Source of the DNA: Lingula anatina
Taxonomy: Eukaryota; Animalia; Brachiopoda
Reading direction: 5' to 3'
Length of the DNA: 64,000 bases
Assembly: GCA_051362555.1 (NCBI GenBank)
Contig: CM120640.1
Coordinates: 38,149,967-38,213,966, forward strand
The position numbers and the translations under genes were made by a program. Below are positions 61,001 through 64,000 of the stretch, piece by piece; within the stretch, counting starts at the first letter, position 1; each line of letters opens with the position of its first letter. The notes beneath the pieces were generated by a model. That model searched no databases, was not told where the DNA came from, and was given only the letters and a program-made list of their open reading frames with translations.

Positions 61001-64000
61001 TGATCAGTGCCGGCACTGTGAGATTTCTTCAATTTTGGCCAGGTAGGGATGAAAAATTTTTTTCTTCGTTATAGTGTCAGGTAGGTGTGTTCGGTCATTT
61101 GTAGTAAGAATAAAGTGCTGGAAGAGTGGTGGTGTCATCATTAAGGAAGAAATAGAGCAAAAACTGTGTCTCCCCCCCCTCTCAGATTCTGTTCTCAGAG
61201 CTCATTTTTGGATCATCTTTAAAGCTAGAATTGGGGGCCTTGATGAAGTGACCCGGGCGCGTTTCCACATTTTTTATGAATGACAGGTGTGGTAGATTGA
61301 TTTTCGTCACTTTTTGGAAAAATCTGAGACGGGTCGATTTTTGGTGATTTTGAGTGATTTTGATCAGTGCCGGCACTGTGAGATTTCTTCAATTTTGGCC
61401 AGGTAGGGATGAAAAATTTTTTTCTTCGTTATAGTGTCAGGTAGGTGTGTTCGGTCATTTGTAGTAAGAATAAAGTGCTGGAAGAGTGGTGGTGTCATCA
61501 TTAAGGAAGAAATAGAGCAAAAACTGTGTCTCCCCCCCCCCCCCTCTCAGATTCTGTTCTCAGAGCTCATTTTTGGATCATCTTTAAAGCTAGAATTGGG
61601 GGCCTTGATGAAGTGACCCAGGCGCGTTTCCACATTTTTTATGAATGACAGGTGTGGTAGATTGATTTTCGTCACTTTTTGTAAAAATCTGAGACGGGTC
61701 GATTTTTGGTGATTTTGAGTGATTTTGATCTGTGCCGGCACTGTGAGATTTCTTCAATTTTGGCCAGGTAGGGATGAAAAATTTTTTTTTTCGTTATAGT
61801 GTCAGGTAGGTGTGTTCGGTCATTTGTAGTAAGAATAAAGTGCTGGAAGAGTGGTGGTGTCATCATTAAGGAAGAAATAGAGCAAAAACTGTGTCTCCCC
61901 CCCCCCTCTCAGATTCTGTTCTCAGAGCTCATTTTTGGATCATCTTTAAAGCTAGAATTGGGGGCCTTGATGAAGTGACCCGGGCGCGTTTCCACATTTT
62001 TTATGAATGACAGGTGTGGTAGATTGATTTTCGTCACTTTTTGGAAAAATCTGGGACGGGTTGATTTTTGGTGATTTTGAGTGATTTTGATCAGTGCCGG
62101 CACTGTGAGATTTTTTCAATTTTGGCCAGGTAGGGATGAAAAATTTTTTTCTTCGTTATAGTGTCAGGTAGGTGTGTTCGGTCATTTGTAGTAAGAATAA
62201 AGTGCTGGAAGAGTGGTGGTGTCATCATTAAGGAAGAAATAGAGCAAAAACTGTGTCTCCCCCCCCCTCTCAGATTCTGTTCTCAGAGCTCATTTTTGGA
62301 TCATCTTTAAAGCTAGAATTGGGGGCCTTGATGAAGTGACCCGGGCGCGTTTCCACATTTTTTATGAATGACAGGTGTGGTAGATTGATTTTCGTCACTT
62401 TTTGGAAAAATCTGAGACGGGTCGATTTTTGGTGATTTTGAGTGATTTTGATCAGTGCCGGCACTGTGAGATTTCTTCAATTTTGGCCAGGTAGGGATGA
62501 AAAATTTTTTTCTTCGTTATAGTGTCAGGTAGGTGTGTTCGGTCATTTGTAGTAAGAATAAAGTGCTGGAAGAGTGGTGGTGTCATCATTAAGGAAGAAA
62601 TAGAGCAAAAACTGTGTCTCCCCCCCCCCCCTCTCAGATTCTGTTCTCAGAGCTCATTTTTGGATCATCTTTAAAGCTAGAATTGGGGGCCTTGATGAAG
62701 TGACCCGGGCGCGTTTCCACATTTTTTATGAATGACAGGTGTGGTAGATTGATTTTCATCACTTTTTGGAAAAATCTGAGACGGGTCGATTTTTGGTGAT
62801 TTTGAGTGATTTTGATCAGTGCACTGTGAGATTTCTTCAATTTTGGCCAGGTAGGGATGAAAAATTTTTTTCTTCGTTATAGTGTCAGGTAGGTGTGTTC
62901 GGTCATTTGTATTAAGAATAAAGTGCTGGAAGAGTGGTGATGTTATCATTAAGGAAGAAATAGAGCAAAAACTGTGTCTCCCCCCCCCCCCTCTCAGATT
63001 CTGTTCTCAGAGCTCATTTTTGGATCATCTTTAAAGCTAGAATAGGGGGCCTTGATGAAGTGACCCGGGCGCGTTTCCACATTTTTTATGAATGACAGGT
63101 GTGGTAGATTGATTTTCGTCACTTTTTGGAAAAATCTGAGACGGGTCAATTTTTGGTGATTTTGAGTGATTTTGATCAGTGCCGGCACTGTGAGATTTCT
63201 TCAATTTTGGCCAGGTGGGGATGAAAAATTTTTTTCTTCGTTATAGTGTCAGGTAGGTGTGTTCGGTCATTTGTAGTAAGAATAAAGTGCTGGAAGAGTG
63301 GTGGTGTCATCATTAAGGAAGAAATAGAGCAAAAACTGTGTCTCCCCCCCCCCCCTCTCAGATTCTGTTCTCAGAGCTCATTTTTGGATCATCTTTAAAG
63401 CTAGAATTGGGGGCCTTGATGAAGTGACCCGGGCGCGTTTCCACATTTTTTATGAATGACAGGTGTGGTAGATTGATTTTCGTCACTTTTTGGAAAAATC
63501 TGAGACGGGTCGATTTTTGGTGATTTTGAGTGATTTTGATCAGTGCTGGCACTGTGAGATTTCTTCAATTTTGGCCAGGTAGGGATGAAAAATTTTTTTC
63601 TTCGTTATAGTGTCAGGTAGGTGTGTTCGGTCATTTGTAGTAAGAATAAAGTGCTGGAAGAGTGGTGGTGTCATCATTAAGGAAGAAATAGAGCAAAAAC
63701 TGTGTCTCCCCCCCCCCCTCTCAGATTCTGTTCTCTGAGCTCATTTTTGGATCATCTTTAAAGCTAGAATTGGGGGCCTTGATGAAGTGACCCGGGCGCG
63801 TTTCCACATTTTTTATGAATGACAGGTGTGGTAGATTGATTTTCGTCACTTTTTGGAAAAATCTGAGACGGGTCGATTTTTGGTGATTTTGAGTGATTTT
63901 GATCAGTGCCGGCACTGTGAGATTTCTTCAATTTTGGCCAGGTAGGGATGAAAAATTTTTTTCTTCGTTATAGTGTCAGGTAGGTGTGTTCGGTCATTTG
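25094..64000. repeat. Satellite DNA array, monomer about 363 bp (352-bp core + C8-C20), about 107 head-to-tail copies, continuing beyond the window
   Basis: Directly visible; ORF-track periodicity mostly 359-372 bp; monomers differ by only a few substitutions or indels and by poly-C length; single orientation throughout. Confidence 0.99.

Noticed and set aside
25133-63915. About 150 repeated 60-92 aa ORFs (MPALIKITQN..., MSGRCVRSFV...) as a tandem gene family or phase-variable locus
   Set aside because: Most 'starts' are GTG/TTG under a bacterial code in a eukaryotic locus. There is no recognisable domain, frames are broken freely by poly-C length, and the ORFs overlap on both strands.
25094-64000. 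CRISPR-like array
   Set aside because: No unique spacers; whole monomers are near-identical; no cas genes; eukaryotic context.

Overview
This is eukaryotic, AT-rich invertebrate genomic DNA (spliceosomal GT-AG introns; taxon cannot be fixed from sequence alone) in three zones. (1) 1-6.7 kb holds the last 10 exons of a zonadhesin/FCGBP/mucin-like gene on + (TIL, TILa, EGF x3, VWD with GDPH, C8, degenerate TIL/TILa, and a basic Lys/Ser/Tyr-rich tail). (2) 7-25 kb is a transposon graveyard. It contains a CR1/L2-group LINE, a Gypsy-like gag scrap, decayed DIRS/Ngaro-type pieces (gag-RT-RH on +, tyrosine recombinase on -), PIF/Harbinger MITEs with TTA TSDs, a 34-bp minisatellite, a hairpin cluster and a Helentron 3' terminus. 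A 2.2-kb DNA transposon with 102-bp TIRs, a 9-bp TSD and a RecQ-like helicase remnant (AcademH-like) is nested in the recombinase gene. (3) 25,094 to the window end is a very homogeneous satellite of about 107 monomers of about 363 bp (352-bp core plus a variable poly-C tract). It starts abruptly, has local higher-order repeats (2, 3, 4, 7, 8-mers) and a CpG-deamination signature. A diverged dispersed homologue at about 14.05-14.21 kb suggests the satellite grew out of a transposon-internal sequence, possibly a Helentron. The many short ORFs in the satellite are not genes, and there is no CRISPR, tRNA or rRNA. All alignments and counts were made by eye.
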